Assembly: GCA_963840455.1 (NCBI GenBank)
Contig: CAWIYV010000001.1
Coordinates: forward strand, 128,001 to 192,000
Direction: 5' to 3'
DNA length: 64,000 bases
Source of the DNA: Nitrospirota bacterium
Lineage (GTDB): Bacteria > Nitrospirota > UBA9217
In this document: one piece after another, positions 29,148-40,217 of the stretch
Layout of the letters: each line of letters opens with the position of its first letter
How positions within the stretch are numbered: position 1 is the first letter of the stretch
Made by a program: the position numbers and the translations under genes
Notes under the pieces: model-generated
Database searches by the model: none
What the model saw: only the letters and a program-made list of their open reading frames with translations
Told to the model about the DNA's origin: nothing

Positions 29148-30581
29148 TTATTCCAGATATTGTCTCACATTGATCTTGGCAAGGTTTGGATCAATCGTAC
29201 CGAAGATCGAGCGTTTCGGGCGGCCGCCTTCTGTTTCCAGGAGGCTTACTTCAATGCCGGAATCCTTTTCGGAGCCATCGAACTTCGTAAGGAGCAGTAC
29301 CCGGGGCCTCAGCAGGTCCCTCGTCTGATGCATGACGATCCCGATCTCCCCGGTATCAAGCTTGACCAGCGTTCCGACGGGGTAAATGCCGACCATGTTG
29401 ACGAACGCCTTCACCAGAACGGGATTGAAGGCGGTCCCGCGCTTCTTCAGCATGATCCGGATCGCCTGGTCAGGCGGTGTCGCGACCTTGTAGTACACCC
29501 GCGCCGCAATGATCGCATCATAGATATCCGCCATCGCCACGATCTCCGAGAAGGGATGCATCTGGACCACGTCATCCATCCGGGGATACCCGCGGACACC
29601 TCCATGCTGGTGGTGTTCGAAGGCCGCAACCATGGCCAGCCTGGTCATGGCGGGAACGTCCGCCAGGATGAGCGCCCCCTCGACGGGATGACGCTTGATA
29701 ATCTGAAATTCCTCGTCCGTCAGCTTATCTGGCTTGTTGATGATCTCCAGGGGGATGCTCACCTTGCCGATGTCGTGCATCATCCCCGCGATGCCGAGCG
29801 CCGCGATCTGCGGCTTGTCAAAGGACAGGTAGCTCCCGAGTGAAATAGCAAGGACCGATACGTTCACCGAATGGGCAAAGGTGTACTCATCGTACATCTT
29901 GATGTTCGTCAATCCCACCATGGCATCGCGGTTCTCCAGGATGTCATCGACCATGGAGTGGACCATCGAACTGACCTTGCGCATATTGACGGCCTTTTCC
30001 AGATGCACGGACTGAACGATCTCCTTGACGGTGTCGAAGGCCTCGCTGAAGACCTCGTTCGCCTTCTTCTTCGATTCCTTGATGGCGCTTCCGCGCTTCT
30101 TGTCAACGAGGATCACGCGGTGCAGGACGATATGAGTGATATTTTCCTTCGCGATGACGCCCGCACCTCCACCTTGTGCAACAAAGTACGCCTCATCCTT
30201 GTTCATCAGGTTCGCGAACAACACCAGTTCATCCCGCGTGATCCCAGGCTTGAAGATGACACCTCCCACGTCCCGCGCGGTGAACTGCTCCATCAGCATG
30301 GACTGGCTCTGGTCGACCGGAACGGAATGGGTCTCGAAGAACAGTTCGCCCGCCACCAGGTAGAAGGCGACCTCTTTCCGCGACAGCAGCAGATCGTTGA
30401 TCTTGCTGAGGAGCTGATCTGCGGACGCGAGCAGGAACGGATGGGCAGCGGGATATACCGCCGCGGCCCTGACGACCCCGGCAATCTGCTGGAACGCAGA
30501 TTTTGCCGAGGCGATCAGCTGCTGCTTCGCATAAAACGACTGCCGCGCTTCTCTCCGGGCTTCACCCAGTTCTTCCTGCAT
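29148..30581 (-). CDS. HD-GYP domain cyclic-dinucleotide phosphodiesterase
   Basis: YTFAHSVNV, HDIGK, KRHP, EHH..GYP and ADIYDA motifs. Confidence 0.9.
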   Translation of the reverse strand: MQEELGEARREARQSFYAKQQLIASAKSAFQQIAGVVRAAAVYPAAHPFLLASADQLLSKINDLLLSRKEVAFYLVAGELFFETHSVPVDQSQSMLMEQFTARDVGGVIFKPGITRDELVLFANLMNKDEAYFVAQGGGAGVIAKENITHIVLHRVILVDKKRGSAIKESKKKANEVFSEAFDTVKEIVQSVHLEKAVNMRKVSSMVHSMVDDILENRDAMVGLTNIKMYDEYTFAHSVNVSVLAISLGSYLSFDKPQIAALGIAGMMHDIGKVSIPLEIINKPDKLTDEEFQIIKRHPVEGALILADVPAMTRLAMVAAFEHHQHGGVRGYPRMDDVVQMHPFSEIVAMADIYDAIIAARVYYKVATPPDQAIRIMLKKRGTAFNPVLVKAFVNMVGIYPVGTLVKLDTGEIGIVMHQTRDLLRPRVLLLTKFDGSEKDSGIEVSLLETEGGRPKRSIFGTIDPNLAKINVRQYLE

Positions 30582-32706
30582 TGCCCTGTCTCCTCTGGAT
30601 CTCTGCGATGGCTGGCTCAGCTGCTGCGCGGAGCTCGTCCTGCGGTCTTCTGGCCTTCCACCACCTGACCTTCAAGTACCGTTTCAAGAACTCCGCGGTC
30701 TCGGCGTCTCCGATCTTTTCCAGTGTCTTGAACACTTCCTTGGTCAGTTCGTTCTCTTTCTTCTTGATCGGACGTCCTTCAAGGAACTCGGTAAGCGCCT
30801 GCGCCTCGCTCTTTCCCGCCCCGTGAATGCTGGCGAGACCCCGAATGGCGGAGAGCTGAATGTCACTGTCGATGTCATTGATGAAGCGGCAGAGCAGGAC
30901 CGCTGCTTTTTTCCCTCCGATGTTCAGGAGTCCCTTGATGACCTCCTGCCGAACCTGGATCTGCGTGTGGCTCGTAACCTTCTCCAGGAACGGAAGTGCA
31001 TCCTCTGAACCGCTGTCCCCGAGGATGTTCACGATGTTCCGGACCACGAACCACCGGCTGTCGGAGAGATGGCGCCCGATGATGGAGATCTGCTTCCTGC
31101 CGAGATCTTTCAGTATCTCGACCAAGTTTTTTCGAATGGTACGGTCCTTCTCGACCGCAAGGATCTCCAGCAGGACCGTCGTCGCCTCCCGGTCAAGCAC
31201 CATCAGGTAGGAATAAGCGGCAAGATATTCCGGCGACCCCTTCTTGTTCATGCGCATGTCGGTCACGACTGCGCTGATAACATCGCGGGAAGAAGCCTTT
31301 TTGATAGCCTCGACCATCCGTGGTTTGAACGCCGCATCCACCGGCAGATGATACGAGCGGACTATGATCGTCGCTAGGGCATAGTCCTTGGTCTTGAGCA
31401 GATAGGTCAGCATGTCCTCGAGCTGTTGCACGAGGCTCGAGAACTGGTCAAGCTCCTTCTCGGGATGCAGCGTGCGGTAAGGGTTCTTCACCAGGGGGAG
31501 CAGGAAGATCAGCGTTCTGACCGATGCCTCGATGATGTCTGACTCCATGCCCACTTCACTGATGATCTTCAGGGCCTCCATCTCTTCAGGCGTATATTCC
31601 GACAGCTCGAGCGCAATGCGGTACAGGTCCTCGGTGAGCGGTACGGCGGAGACCTGGGAGGGAGGGATGGCGGGAGCTGGTTTCTCCGGCTGCTTGGCAG
31701 CAGATCTTTTCAGGAGCGTGGCGATCTGCCTGACGGTCCATTGCCTGGAATACCGACCCGTTACAATCTCATGCAGCTCATCGGGTATGTGGCTCTGTGA
31801 TACCAGGGAACCTGCCACACCTTCGTACCCCGGCGCTCCAGCCTCCTGTCCTTCGCCTTTCTCCTCGCCCTGTTCCCGCACCTGTTCGGCGTCCATTTCT
31901 GCATACAGCTTCGCAGCAATGAACTTATCACGGTATTCAGGGTCCATGGCAAGGACCGACTTGGCCAGCCCCTCGAACAACTCATCACTCTGCTCCCGAT
32001 GCTGCTCCTGGATCTTACGGCCCGCCTCCTGATACAAGGAGTGCAGCCGGTCCTCGACCGTTTCGTTCTCGCCTGCGGTCTGGCGGGCTGTATCAAGCAT
32101 GGCTGCGCCGAGCTTCCCCGGGTCGTCCACGAGGTCACCGAGAACGAGGGTGCGATCGGAGAGGACGAACTCTTTCTTCGCCTCTTCCTTGGACAGCTTC
32201 GTAATGACATTATCGTCCGCACCTTCCCGATGCGGTTCCGGCGACGCAGTAATGACCTCTTGGAGCGCTGCCTCGGTCACTTTGATATGTGTTGATCCCA
32301 TTTCCCAGAGGATCGATACGATGCCGCTTTTTAGCGCCTGTTCCTCGGCTGACAGCGCTAGGGCGGCGCAGAACCCGGCCAGTTCCTCCTCGGTAAGGCC
32401 CTGCTGAAAGACGAACTCACGCATCCCTTTTCCGAAGAGGTCCTGCGCGATCGTCTTGTTCAGTTGTGTGTCCTTGCTAACAGGGATCTGTTCGTAGAGG
32501 AAGTAGGTCTTCTGGACACCAAGCGTGTACCGGGGCGCCGTTTCGAGGAACCGGGCGAAGGATTCGTAGGCTTTCTTGATTGCTTGCGAATAGACCGGGT
32601 TGTTCGGTGGGTAGAGTTTGACGGCGCGGACAGCGGACACGAAATTCCGCATGACGTCCTGGACCTCCGGCGAAAGCACCTCGGTCTGCTTTTCATCTTC
32701 CTGCAT
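30562..32706 (-). CDS. HEAT-repeat protein overlapping the HD-GYP gene
   Basis: C-terminal HEAT-like repeats (WFVVRNIVNILG, QVRQEVIKGL); start at MQEDEK preferred. Confidence 0.8.
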   Translation of the reverse strand: MQEDEKQTEVLSPEVQDVMRNFVSAVRAVKLYPPNNPVYSQAIKKAYESFARFLETAPRYTLGVQKTYFLYEQIPVSKDTQLNKTIAQDLFGKGMREFVFQQGLTEEELAGFCAALALSAEEQALKSGIVSILWEMGSTHIKVTEAALQEVITASPEPHREGADDNVITKLSKEEAKKEFVLSDRTLVLGDLVDDPGKLGAAMLDTARQTAGENETVEDRLHSLYQEAGRKIQEQHREQSDELFEGLAKSVLAMDPEYRDKFIAAKLYAEMDAEQVREQGEEKGEGQEAGAPGYEGVAGSLVSQSHIPDELHEIVTGRYSRQWTVRQIATLLKRSAAKQPEKPAPAIPPSQVSAVPLTEDLYRIALELSEYTPEEMEALKIISEVGMESDIIEASVRTLIFLLPLVKNPYRTLHPEKELDQFSSLVQQLEDMLTYLLKTKDYALATIIVRSYHLPVDAAFKPRMVEAIKKASSRDVISAVVTDMRMNKKGSPEYLAAYSYLMVLDREATTVLLEILAVEKDRTIRKNLVEILKDLGRKQISIIGRHLSDSRWFVVRNIVNILGDSGSEDALPFLEKVTSHTQIQVRQEVIKGLLNIGGKKAAVLLCRFINDIDSDIQLSAIRGLASIHGAGKSEAQALTEFLEGRPIKKKENELTKEVFKTLEKIGDAETAEFLKRYLKVRWWKARRPQDELRAAAEPAIAEIQRRQGNAGRTG

Positions 32707-32806
32707 AGGTATGAGGGTATCACAACTGATAATTCGTGTCAAAAGGGTATTGGCCGTTGGGACAGTCACCGGGCAGAGGTGCAGGACAATGCAAAGGAAT
32801 GGACCG

Positions 32807-33346
32807 TTATAAGGTGCAGACCTCGCCGCCGCAGATAAGCGCCTTTTCGTTCAACGGCAGGAGGCCATGACGCCTCGTTGGAAGGACCGATTTCAATGCG
32901 TTCAGGACCGACTCTAGTGCCACGACGCCGGTCTTCTTGAGGAGAGCGCCGAGCATGACCATGTTGGCGATGCGGATATCCCCGAGTTCTTCGGCGATGT
33001 CGTTGGCCCGGATCTCGATGCGATGGAGGTCGTTCCGCGTCGGGGGCTGCTGCACCAGGGAGGTGTTCAAGAAGAGGTCTCCGGACGGCTTGATCCTCGG
33101 CTCGAATTTTTTGAACGATGCCTCGTTCAGGATGAGCATCGCCGATGGGTTTTGGACCAGAGGCGATCCGATCTCCCGGTCCGCAATGATGACCGTGCAG
33201 TTCGCGGTGCCGCCGCGGATCTCGGCGCCGTACGAGGGGAACCAGGTCACATGCTTTCCTTCGAGCATGCCCGCGTGGGCAAGAAGTTTCCCGACCAGCA
33301 GCACCCCCTGCCCGCCGAATCCCGCTATCATGACGTCCTGGTACAT
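32807..33346 (-). CDS. 2-oxoacid:ferredoxin oxidoreductase gamma subunit
   Basis: AGFGGQG, PSYGAEIRGG and NMVMLGA motifs. Confidence 0.92.
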   Translation of the reverse strand: MYQDVMIAGFGGQGVLLVGKLLAHAGMLEGKHVTWFPSYGAEIRGGTANCTVIIADREIGSPLVQNPSAMLILNEASFKKFEPRIKPSGDLFLNTSLVQQPPTRNDLHRIEIRANDIAEELGDIRIANMVMLGALLKKTGVVALESVLNALKSVLPTRRHGLLPLNEKALICGGEVCTL

Positions 33347-33348
33347 GG

Positions 33349-34140
33349 CTATGCAGTATCCTTGTCTTCCTGACCCGTGGACCCTGACCCGTGGCCGGTG
33401 TCTTTATACACTCCCAGCGGGTAGTGCTTGATCATGCTGCTCCTTACCCACTCGGCGGCCTGCAGCGAGGTCATGCCCCAGTCCGTGGGGCACAGGGAAA
33501 GCGCCTCGACGAAGGAGAACCCCTTCCTGTCCACCTGGTTGCGGAATGCCTTCATGATCGCGCGCTTCGCGGTGATCACGTTCTTCGGAGAATCGAGGGA
33601 GACGCGCTCGATGTAGACCGGCCCTTCCAGGGTCGCGAGCATCTCGCTTACGCGAAGCGGATTGCCCGCAAGATGCGGGTCGCGTCCGGCAGGCGTCGTG
33701 GTTGTCTTCTGGCCAGCGAGTGTGGTCGGCGCCATCTGGCCGCCGGTCATACCGTAATTCGCATTGTTCACGAAGATCACGGTGAGGTTCTCGCCCCGTG
33801 CCGCCGCATGGACGATCTCTGCAGTGCCGATGGCCGCAAGGTCGCCATCACCCTGGTAGCAGAAGACGATAGAGTCCGGCCGCGAGCGCTTCATGCCCGT
33901 TGCGATCGCTGGCGGCCTTCCGTGGGGCACCTCGATCATGTCGATATCGAAGTAGTCGTAGGCAAATACTGCGCATCCCACGGGTGCGATGCCGATGGTC
34001 CGGTCCCGGATATCGAGCTTGTCGATGCACTCCGCCACGATCCGGTGAAGCACCCCGTGACCGCAGCCGGGACAGTAGCGGAACGGTTTGTCCTTGAGGC
34101 ATGCGGGTCTTTCGAACACTTTCTTCATCGTCATGGTCAT
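33349..34140 (-). CDS. 2-oxoacid:ferredoxin oxidoreductase beta (TPP-binding) subunit
   Basis: YCPGCGH, PVGC, HGR, GDGD..NN..YGMTGGQ and CPT motifs; start uncertain (34140, 34134 or 34128). Confidence 0.92.
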   Translation of the reverse strand: MTMTMKKVFERPACLKDKPFRYCPGCGHGVLHRIVAECIDKLDIRDRTIGIAPVGCAVFAYDYFDIDMIEVPHGRPPAIATGMKRSRPDSIVFCYQGDGDLAAIGTAEIVHAAARGENLTVIFVNNANYGMTGGQMAPTTLAGQKTTTTPAGRDPHLAGNPLRVSEMLATLEGPVYIERVSLDSPKNVITAKRAIMKAFRNQVDRKGFSFVEALSLCPTDWGMTSLQAAEWVRSSMIKHYPLGVYKDTGHGSGSTGQEDKDTA

Positions 34141-34160
34141 CGTGCGCGGCCAAAAATCCC

Positions 34161-34190
34161 TTGACATTCAACCCGTCTGTCTGTTATTGT
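34161..34190 (+). promoter_or_regulatory. Sigma70-type promoter for tRNA-Phe
   Basis: TTGACA-N18-TATTGT with TG extension. Confidence 0.55.
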
Positions 34191-34217
34191 AGCGCTCGTT
34201 CAAGCGGCCCGCATGAT

Positions 34218-34293
34218 GCCGAGGTAGCTCAGTTGGTAGAGCAGAGGCCTGAAAAGCCTCGTGTCCGCAGTTCGATTCTGCGCCTCGGCACCA
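34218..34293 (+). tRNA. tRNA-Phe(GAA)
   Basis: GCCGAGG...GAGGC-CT-GAA-AA-GCCTC...GTTCGATT...CCTCGGC-ACCA. Confidence 0.95.
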
Positions 34294-34347
34294 CTCTTCT
34301 TTTCCCATCATATCATATCATACTTCAGCAAAGCAACCATCAATTGA

Positions 34348-34463
34348 TTGAAGCTCCCTGTAGCAAGCTGCAGGGAATCTTCGATCCTCTAGGTAGTATT
34401 GTTTATTCTCATCGCTCGCTAACCCCGCAGCAAGCTGCGGGGAATGCGCTCGCTCCTGGATTC
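34348..34463 (+). repeat. Dispersed ~115-bp two-hairpin element, copy 4
   Basis: Matches copy 3 end to end with a variable central spacer. Confidence 0.92.
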
Positions 34464-34503
34464 AGCCAGCAGGAGTGAGTCGTTCTCCTGACTCCTGACG
34501 TCC

Positions 34504-35901
34504 TTATTCCTTCTCGAACAGCCCCAATTGCAGCATCTTCTCGCCCGGGAACGGCACCGGGTAATCGCCGCAAAAGCACGCGACGCAGTAGTTGATCGGC
34601 CGGTCGACCACCTTCCTCACCCCATCCAGGGTGATGTATCCCAGGGTGTCCGCGGTGATGTATTTCCGGATCTCCTCGATGTTATGCGACGACGCGATCA
34701 GCTCCTGCCGCGTCGGCGTATCGATCCCGTAGTAGCACGGGAACATGGTGGGCGGCGAGCTGATGCGCATATGGATCTCCGATGCGCCCGCGTTCCTGAT
34801 CATCTTGATGATCTTCTTGCTCGTCGTCCCCCGTACAATGGAGTCGTCAACGACCACGACCCGTTTGCCTTTCAGGACGTCCCTGACCGGGTTGAGCTTG
34901 ATCTTCACACCGAAGTGCCTGATGGCCTGGCGGGGTTCGATGAAGGTCCGTCCAACATAGTGGTTCCGGATCAGGCCAAGCCCGAAGGGGATCCCGGCCT
35001 CCTCGGCATAGCCCAGCGCGGCTGGCACGCCCGAGTCCGGCACCGGGATCACCACGTCCGCCTGCACGCCGGTCTCCCGCGCGAGCTGCCTGCCGAACTC
35101 CTTCCGGATGGAATAGACGTTCTGGCCGAAAACATAGCTGTCCGGCCGCGCGAAATAGATGAACTCGAAGATGCAGTGCGACGGCGTAGCCCGTTTGAAC
35201 GGGAAGGTCGATTGGATGCCCGAACCGTTGATGACGACCATCTCGCCCGGTTCGATCTCCCGGATATAGGTGGCCTCGATCAGGTCGAGTGCACAGGTCT
35301 CCGAGGCGAGCACGTACGCGCCGCCCACCTCGCCCAGCACCAGCGGACGGAATCCGTGCGGATCGCGCACGCCGATGAGCTTGTCCTCGGCGAGCAGCAG
35401 CAGACTGTAGGCCCCCTGTACATGCTGGAGAGCGTCGACGATCCGCTCGTTGAGGTTCGACAGGCGTGATTGTGCAATGAGGTGGATGATTACCTCGCTG
35501 TCCATGGTCGACTGGAAGATGGAACCATACGCTTCGAGCTCGGCTTTCAGGATGCCGGCGTTCACCAGGTTCCCGTTGTGCGCGATGGCCAGTCCGCCCA
35601 TTGCGAAATTGACCAGGATGGGCTGGATGTTGATGCTGATGCTGTCCCCGGTCGTCGAATAGCGGTTGTGGCCGATGGCCGCGTTACCGGGCAGCTTCTT
35701 GATGCGGTCCTCGGTGAAGATGTCCGCGACGAGGCCCATGGACTTCTCGCTGTAGAGCTTCTTGCCGTCCGAGGACACGATGCCGGCAGATTCCTGGCCC
35801 CGGTGCTGGAGGGCATAGAGCCCCAGATAGGTCAGGTTCGCGGCATCGGCATGGCCGTAAATCCCGAACACCCCGCATTCTTCATGGAACTTGTCGTACA
35901 T
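34504..35901 (-). CDS. purF: Amidophosphoribosyltransferase
   Basis: EECGVFG (N-terminal nucleophile Cys after a propeptide), [16 protein letters not shown], Fe-S cysteines; alternative start 35985. Confidence 0.96.
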   Translation of the reverse strand: MYDKFHEECGVFGIYGHADAANLTYLGLYALQHRGQESAGIVSSDGKKLYSEKSMGLVADIFTEDRIKKLPGNAAIGHNRYSTTGDSISINIQPILVNFAMGGLAIAHNGNLVNAGILKAELEAYGSIFQSTMDSEVIIHLIAQSRLSNLNERIVDALQHVQGAYSLLLLAEDKLIGVRDPHGFRPLVLGEVGGAYVLASETCALDLIEATYIREIEPGEMVVINGSGIQSTFPFKRATPSHCIFEFIYFARPDSYVFGQNVYSIRKEFGRQLARETGVQADVVIPVPDSGVPAALGYAEEAGIPFGLGLIRNHYVGRTFIEPRQAIRHFGVKIKLNPVRDVLKGKRVVVVDDSIVRGTTSKKIIKMIRNAGASEIHMRISSPPTMFPCYYGIDTPTRQELIASSHNIEEIRKYITADTLGYITLDGVRKVVDRPINYCVACFCGDYPVPFPGEKMLQLGLFEKE

Positions 35902-35981
35902 AGTGTCAGCGTTCACCCGGACCCGGGAAGGAGGATTGCACGGACCCGACCCGTCGCGATCGCCTTTCCCCGTCCGTGAGT

Positions 35982-37289
35982 TCATCGCCCCTTCTTCCCG
36001 AAGACCCGTTTGAAGATATAGTCCACTTTTTTGATCGTATGTTTGATATCAAAACAGCCGTCGATTTCCCTAGCCGTCAGGTACTGACCGATGTCGGGGT
36101 CGCCCTTAAGCCGGTCCGAGAAATCACCGCCCTGCTTCCAGACCATCATGGCGTTCCGCTGCACGAACTTGTATGCCTGTTCCCGCGTGAGCCCCTTGCC
36201 CACCAGCGCCAGCATCACCGTTTCGGAATGGAACAGGCCGCGCGATATCTCCATGTTCCGCTCCATATTGGCGGGATACACGATCAGCTTGTCCACCAGC
36301 CCGGTGAACCGTGCCAGCATGTAGTCCAGAAGGATGGTGCTGTCGGGAAGGATGATGCGCTCGACGGAGGAGTGGCTGATGTCCCGTTCGTGCCACAGGG
36401 CTACGTTCTCGAGCGCGGCGAGCGAATTCGCCCGGACCACCCGTGCCAGGCCCGAGAGGTTCTCGGCCGAGATGGGGTTCCGTTTGTGCGGCATTGCCGA
36501 GGACCCTTTCTGTCCCTCCGAGAAGTACTCCTCGGCCTCGAGCACCTCGGTCCGCTGGAGATGCCGGAGTTCCACGGAGAATTTTTCGATCGACGAGGCA
36601 ACGAGCGCGAGCGCCGTCAGGTACTCAGCGTGCCGGTCACGCTGGACCACCTGCGTCGCCGCAGGCTCCGGCGTGAGCCCGAGTTCCCTGCAGACATACC
36701 GCTCCACAAAGGGATCGATGTTGGCGAAGGTCCCGACGGCGCCCGAGACCTTTCCGACACTGGCGACCTTGCGTGCCCTGATCATGCGGTCCAGGGCCCT
36801 GCCCATCTCCTCGTACCAGAGCGCCATCTTGAGCCCAAAGGTGACCGGTTCCGCATGGACGCCGTGGGAACGGCCGATCATGACCGTGTCCTTGTACTGG
36901 AAGGCCTTTTTCCTGAGCACGGCGCGAAGGGCCTTGATATCGTCGATGAGGATGTCGGCGGCCTGCAGCATGAGGTAGGCGAGCGAGGTGTCGAGGACAT
37001 CGGAGGAAGTGAGGCCGAGGTGGATGAATCGTGATTCAGGCCCCACATGCTCGCCGACAGCGGTAAGGAAGGCGATGACATCGTGCTTCACGACACTCTC
37101 GAGCTCATCGATCCGTTTGACGTCAAAGGCCGCTTTTTTCTTGATCGCGGCGAGGGACCGCGCAGGGACCAGGCCGAGCTTGGCGTTCGCCTCGCAGGCA
37201 AGAATCTCCACGAGGAGCCACGTGCGGTACCGGCTTTCGGGCTCCCAGAGACTGGTCATTGCAGGCCTGCTGTAACGAGGTATCATCAA
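35982..37289 (-). CDS. purB: Adenylosuccinate lyase
   Basis: MIPRY, KHDV, GRSHG and [11 protein letters not shown] motifs. Confidence 0.97.
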   Translation of the reverse strand: MMIPRYSRPAMTSLWEPESRYRTWLLVEILACEANAKLGLVPARSLAAIKKKAAFDVKRIDELESVVKHDVIAFLTAVGEHVGPESRFIHLGLTSSDVLDTSLAYLMLQAADILIDDIKALRAVLRKKAFQYKDTVMIGRSHGVHAEPVTFGLKMALWYEEMGRALDRMIRARKVASVGKVSGAVGTFANIDPFVERYVCRELGLTPEPAATQVVQRDRHAEYLTALALVASSIEKFSVELRHLQRTEVLEAEEYFSEGQKGSSAMPHKRNPISAENLSGLARVVRANSLAALENVALWHERDISHSSVERIILPDSTILLDYMLARFTGLVDKLIVYPANMERNMEISRGLFHSETVMLALVGKGLTREQAYKFVQRNAMMVWKQGGDFSDRLKGDPDIGQYLTAREIDGCFDIKHTIKKVDYIFKRVFGKKGR

Positions 37290-37309
37290 GTTCTCCTGTC
37301 AGCGTCGGG

Positions 37310-37798
37310 TCATGCCCGGACGAACCGGGACATCCGCGCAAAGGCAGTGTCGTCAGGCGCAAGAAGGGTGAAATCGATCGGATGGGCCCCTGCCCCGTCC
37401 GCAAGCCCTTCCCGGATGGCGGCAAGGACATCATCGCTCTGTGCTGCTCCCGCGGGGAAAAAATCCAGGGCTGCACGGGTAATCCCAGCATTGACCGAGC
37501 TCGCCGCGGCGACACGGGCGGCAACGCGCAGCGACTCCGGAGACGATGCTTCCCGGGGGCCGAGCCCGACCATGAAGATCTTGTCGGCGGGGACCTTCCC
37601 TTTCGAGGTCAGCAGGGCGACCTCGCCGAGGACTCCCCGCATTTTTTTCTTGATGATGAGATGGGAAAGGGCGCCGCACAGGAGCCAGTCCAATGCACCG
37701 GCGGTACCTTTCAGGGGGCGAACATCCTCATGGAAACCGACGATCACGGCATCGGTTTCCAGGTCCTTGATATCGTGCATGAGTACTCTCAGAACCAC
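37310..37798 (-). CDS. Stand-alone M17 peptidase N-terminal-domain-like protein
   Basis: EDVRPLKG..GALDW.L.G.LS..G..GE..L..VGLG pattern; no catalytic domain. Confidence 0.6.
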   Translation of the reverse strand: MVLRVLMHDIKDLETDAVIVGFHEDVRPLKGTAGALDWLLCGALSHLIIKKKMRGVLGEVALLTSKGKVPADKIFMVGLGPREASSPESLRVAARVAAASSVNAGITRAALDFFPAGAAQSDDVLAAIREGLADGAGAHPIDFTLLAPDDTAFARMSRFVRA

Positions 37799-37816
37799 CT
37801 GGGGGCCCTTTTCGCG

Positions 37817-38245
37817 TCAGCGGAGGTTCTTCGCGTCCACTTTGCCGGCCATGCGTGCGACGCTGTCGAGAATGCCGTTGACAAAGGCGCCGGACTCGTC
37901 GGTCCCGAACTTCTTGGCAAGCTCGATGGCCTCGTTGATCGTCACGCTCGGAGGGATGTCCTTCCGGTAGAGGATCTCGTAGGCTGCCATGCGGAGCACG
38001 TTGCGGTCAACGATGGCCATGCGCTCGAGGGTCCAGTTCTTGGCGCAGGCGAGGATCTTCGCGTTGATGCTTTTCAGGTGCTTATGGGTCCCTTTCACGA
38101 TCTCCTCGGTGAACGCACGGACCTCATCGTCCGGTACGTACTCCGTCCAGAAGCGTTTGAAGAGAATGGCCGCCGGCTTTTCCTTCCGAATGTCCAGCTG
38201 GAACAGTACCTGGAGCGCGTATTCCCTGGCCTTCCTTCTCTTCAT
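37817..38245 (-). CDS. nusB: Transcription antitermination factor NusB
   Basis: [25 protein letters not shown] and FVNGILD motifs. Confidence 0.95.
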   Translation of the reverse strand: MKRRKAREYALQVLFQLDIRKEKPAAILFKRFWTEYVPDDEVRAFTEEIVKGTHKHLKSINAKILACAKNWTLERMAIVDRNVLRMAAYEILYRKDIPPSVTINEAIELAKKFGTDESGAFVNGILDSVARMAGKVDAKNLR

Positions 38246-38281
38246 TCCCTCACCGCGGAGCAATGCATATCGATCGTGGGC

Positions 38282-38396
38282 TTGAAGCTCCCTGCAGCAA
38301 GCTGTAGGGAATCTTCGATCCTCAAGGTAGAATGTTTATCCTAATCGCTCGCTAACCCCGCAGCAAGCTGCGGAGAATGCGCTTGCTCCTGGATCC
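38282..38396 (+). repeat. Dispersed ~115-bp two-hairpin element, copy 5 (between ribH and nusB)
   Basis: Matches the other copies with a few substitutions. Confidence 0.9.
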
Positions 38397-38401
38397 CGTT
38401 G

Positions 38402-38866
38402 CTACAGCTGCTTCATCAGGTTGGCCATCTCGATGGCCGAGAGGGCGGCGTCCCATCCCTTGTTGCCGCTCTTCGTGCCGGCACGTTCGACGGCCTGCTC
38501 GATCGTGTCGGTGGTGAGCACGCCGAAGACAACGGGGAGTCCCGTTTCCATCGATACCGCGGCAATGCCCTTGCTCACTTCGGCGCTCACGTACTCGAAA
38601 TGCGGTGTTGCCCCGCGGATGACCGCGCCGAGACAGATGACGGCGCTGTACTTTTTCGACCGGGCCAGCTGCTGTGCGACCAGGGGTATCTCGTAGGCAC
38701 CTGGCACCCGCACCACTTCGATGTCCGAGTCGGACGCGCCGTGCCTTGTCAAAGCGTCAACCGCGCCATCGAGCAGGCGCGCGGTGATGAAATCATTGAA
38801 CCGCGACGCGACGATCCCGAACTTGAACCCTTTCGCACTCAGATCTCCCTGGATGATCTTAGGCAT
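38402..38866 (-). CDS. ribH: 6,7-dimethyl-8-ribityllumazine synthase
   Basis: [20 protein letters not shown] and GNKG motifs. Confidence 0.97.
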   Translation of the reverse strand: MPKIIQGDLSAKGFKFGIVASRFNDFITARLLDGAVDALTRHGASDSDIEVVRVPGAYEIPLVAQQLARSKKYSAVICLGAVIRGATPHFEYVSAEVSKGIAAVSMETGLPVVFGVLTTDTIEQAVERAGTKSGNKGWDAALSAIEMANLMKQL

Positions 38867-38950
38867 GAGAACCTCCATAATTTATACGAACACGTGCGAA
38901 ATGCCAAAGAGCGGCAAACATCTTAATCTTTTCATTGAGCGATTTACCTT

Positions 38951-40156
38951 TTACACTTTTTCCAGCATGTGTCCCATCTTGCTCTTCTTGATCTTGAGGT
39001 ACTGGAGGTTCTTCGGGTGCGGATGCATCTCAATGGCTACCCGCTCCACCACCGTCAGGCCGTAGCCTTCGAGGCCGATGATCTTCTTGGGGTTGTTCGT
39101 CAGAAGGCGGAGCTTGCGGATGCCGAGGTCGCGAAGAATCTGGGCGCCGACACCGTAATCCCGGAGGTCTGCCTTGAAGCCCAGGGCAAGGTTGGCCTCC
39201 ACGGTGTCCTTGCCCTTGTCCTGGAGCTCATAGGCCTTGAGTTTGCCCTCAAGGCCGATGCCGCGGCCTTCCTGGCGCATATAAAGGATGACCCCCTTGC
39301 CTTCTTCGGATATCATCTGCATGGCGTTATGAAGCTGCTCGCCGCAGTCGCAGCGGAGTGAACCGAACACATCACCGGTAAGGCACTCGGAATGGACCCG
39401 GACCATGACCGCGTCGTCGGGCTTGATATCGCCCTTCACCAGCGCGACATGGCTCTGGCGGTCGATATCGTTGGCATAGAGGATCGCCGTGAACTCATCG
39501 CCGTAGGCCGTGGGGAGCTTGGTGACCGCCACCCGGCGGACAAGGGACTCCTTCCTCACCCGATAGGCGATCAGGTCCTTCACGGTAACGATCTTCATGT
39601 GGTGCTTTTTCGAGAACTCGAGGAGCTGCGGGACGCGTGACATCGTCCCGTCATCGTTCATGATCTCGCAGATGACCCCCGCAGGATTGAGGCCGGCGAG
39701 CCTCGCCAGGTCCACGGAACCCTCGGTCTGGCCTGCGCGCTGCAGCACGCCTCCCGGCCGTGCCCGGAGCGGGAACACATGGCCGGGACGGGCAAGGCCC
39801 TCGGAGCCCATCTTGGGATCGATGGCGGCTTTGATGGTCGTTGCGCGGTCAGCCGCGGAAATGCCCGTCGTCACGCCTTTCTTTGCCTCAATGGAGATGG
39901 TGAAGGCCGTTCCGAAGGACGATGTGTTGTCCGTCGTCATCATGGGGAGCTGAAGGTGCTCGACACGCTCCGGTGTGAGCGATAGGCAGATGAGCCCCCT
40001 TCCGTGCATGGCCATGAAATTGATGGCCTCCGGCGTGACCTTCTCGGCCGCCATGGTCAGGTCGCCCTCGTTCTCCCGGTCCTCGTCGTCGACAAGAATG
40101 ACCATCTTCCCTTTTTTGATGTCCTCGATGGCCTCTTCGATGGTATTGAACTTCAT
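38951..40156 (-). CDS. ribBA: Bifunctional DHBP synthase / GTP cyclohydrolase II
   Basis: [30 protein letters not shown] and EGRGIG motifs. Confidence 0.97.
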   Translation of the reverse strand: MKFNTIEEAIEDIKKGKMVILVDDEDRENEGDLTMAAEKVTPEAINFMAMHGRGLICLSLTPERVEHLQLPMMTTDNTSSFGTAFTISIEAKKGVTTGISAADRATTIKAAIDPKMGSEGLARPGHVFPLRARPGGVLQRAGQTEGSVDLARLAGLNPAGVICEIMNDDGTMSRVPQLLEFSKKHHMKIVTVKDLIAYRVRKESLVRRVAVTKLPTAYGDEFTAILYANDIDRQSHVALVKGDIKPDDAVMVRVHSECLTGDVFGSLRCDCGEQLHNAMQMISEEGKGVILYMRQEGRGIGLEGKLKAYELQDKGKDTVEANLALGFKADLRDYGVGAQILRDLGIRKLRLLTNNPKKIIGLEGYGLTVVERVAIEMHPHPKNLQYLKIKKSKMGHMLEKV

Positions 40157-40217
40157 GGAATGATCACCTCGTGTTCTCTTGTTCCGCGCTCCGCATCCGC
40201 CGCTCCGCGCTCCGGCC

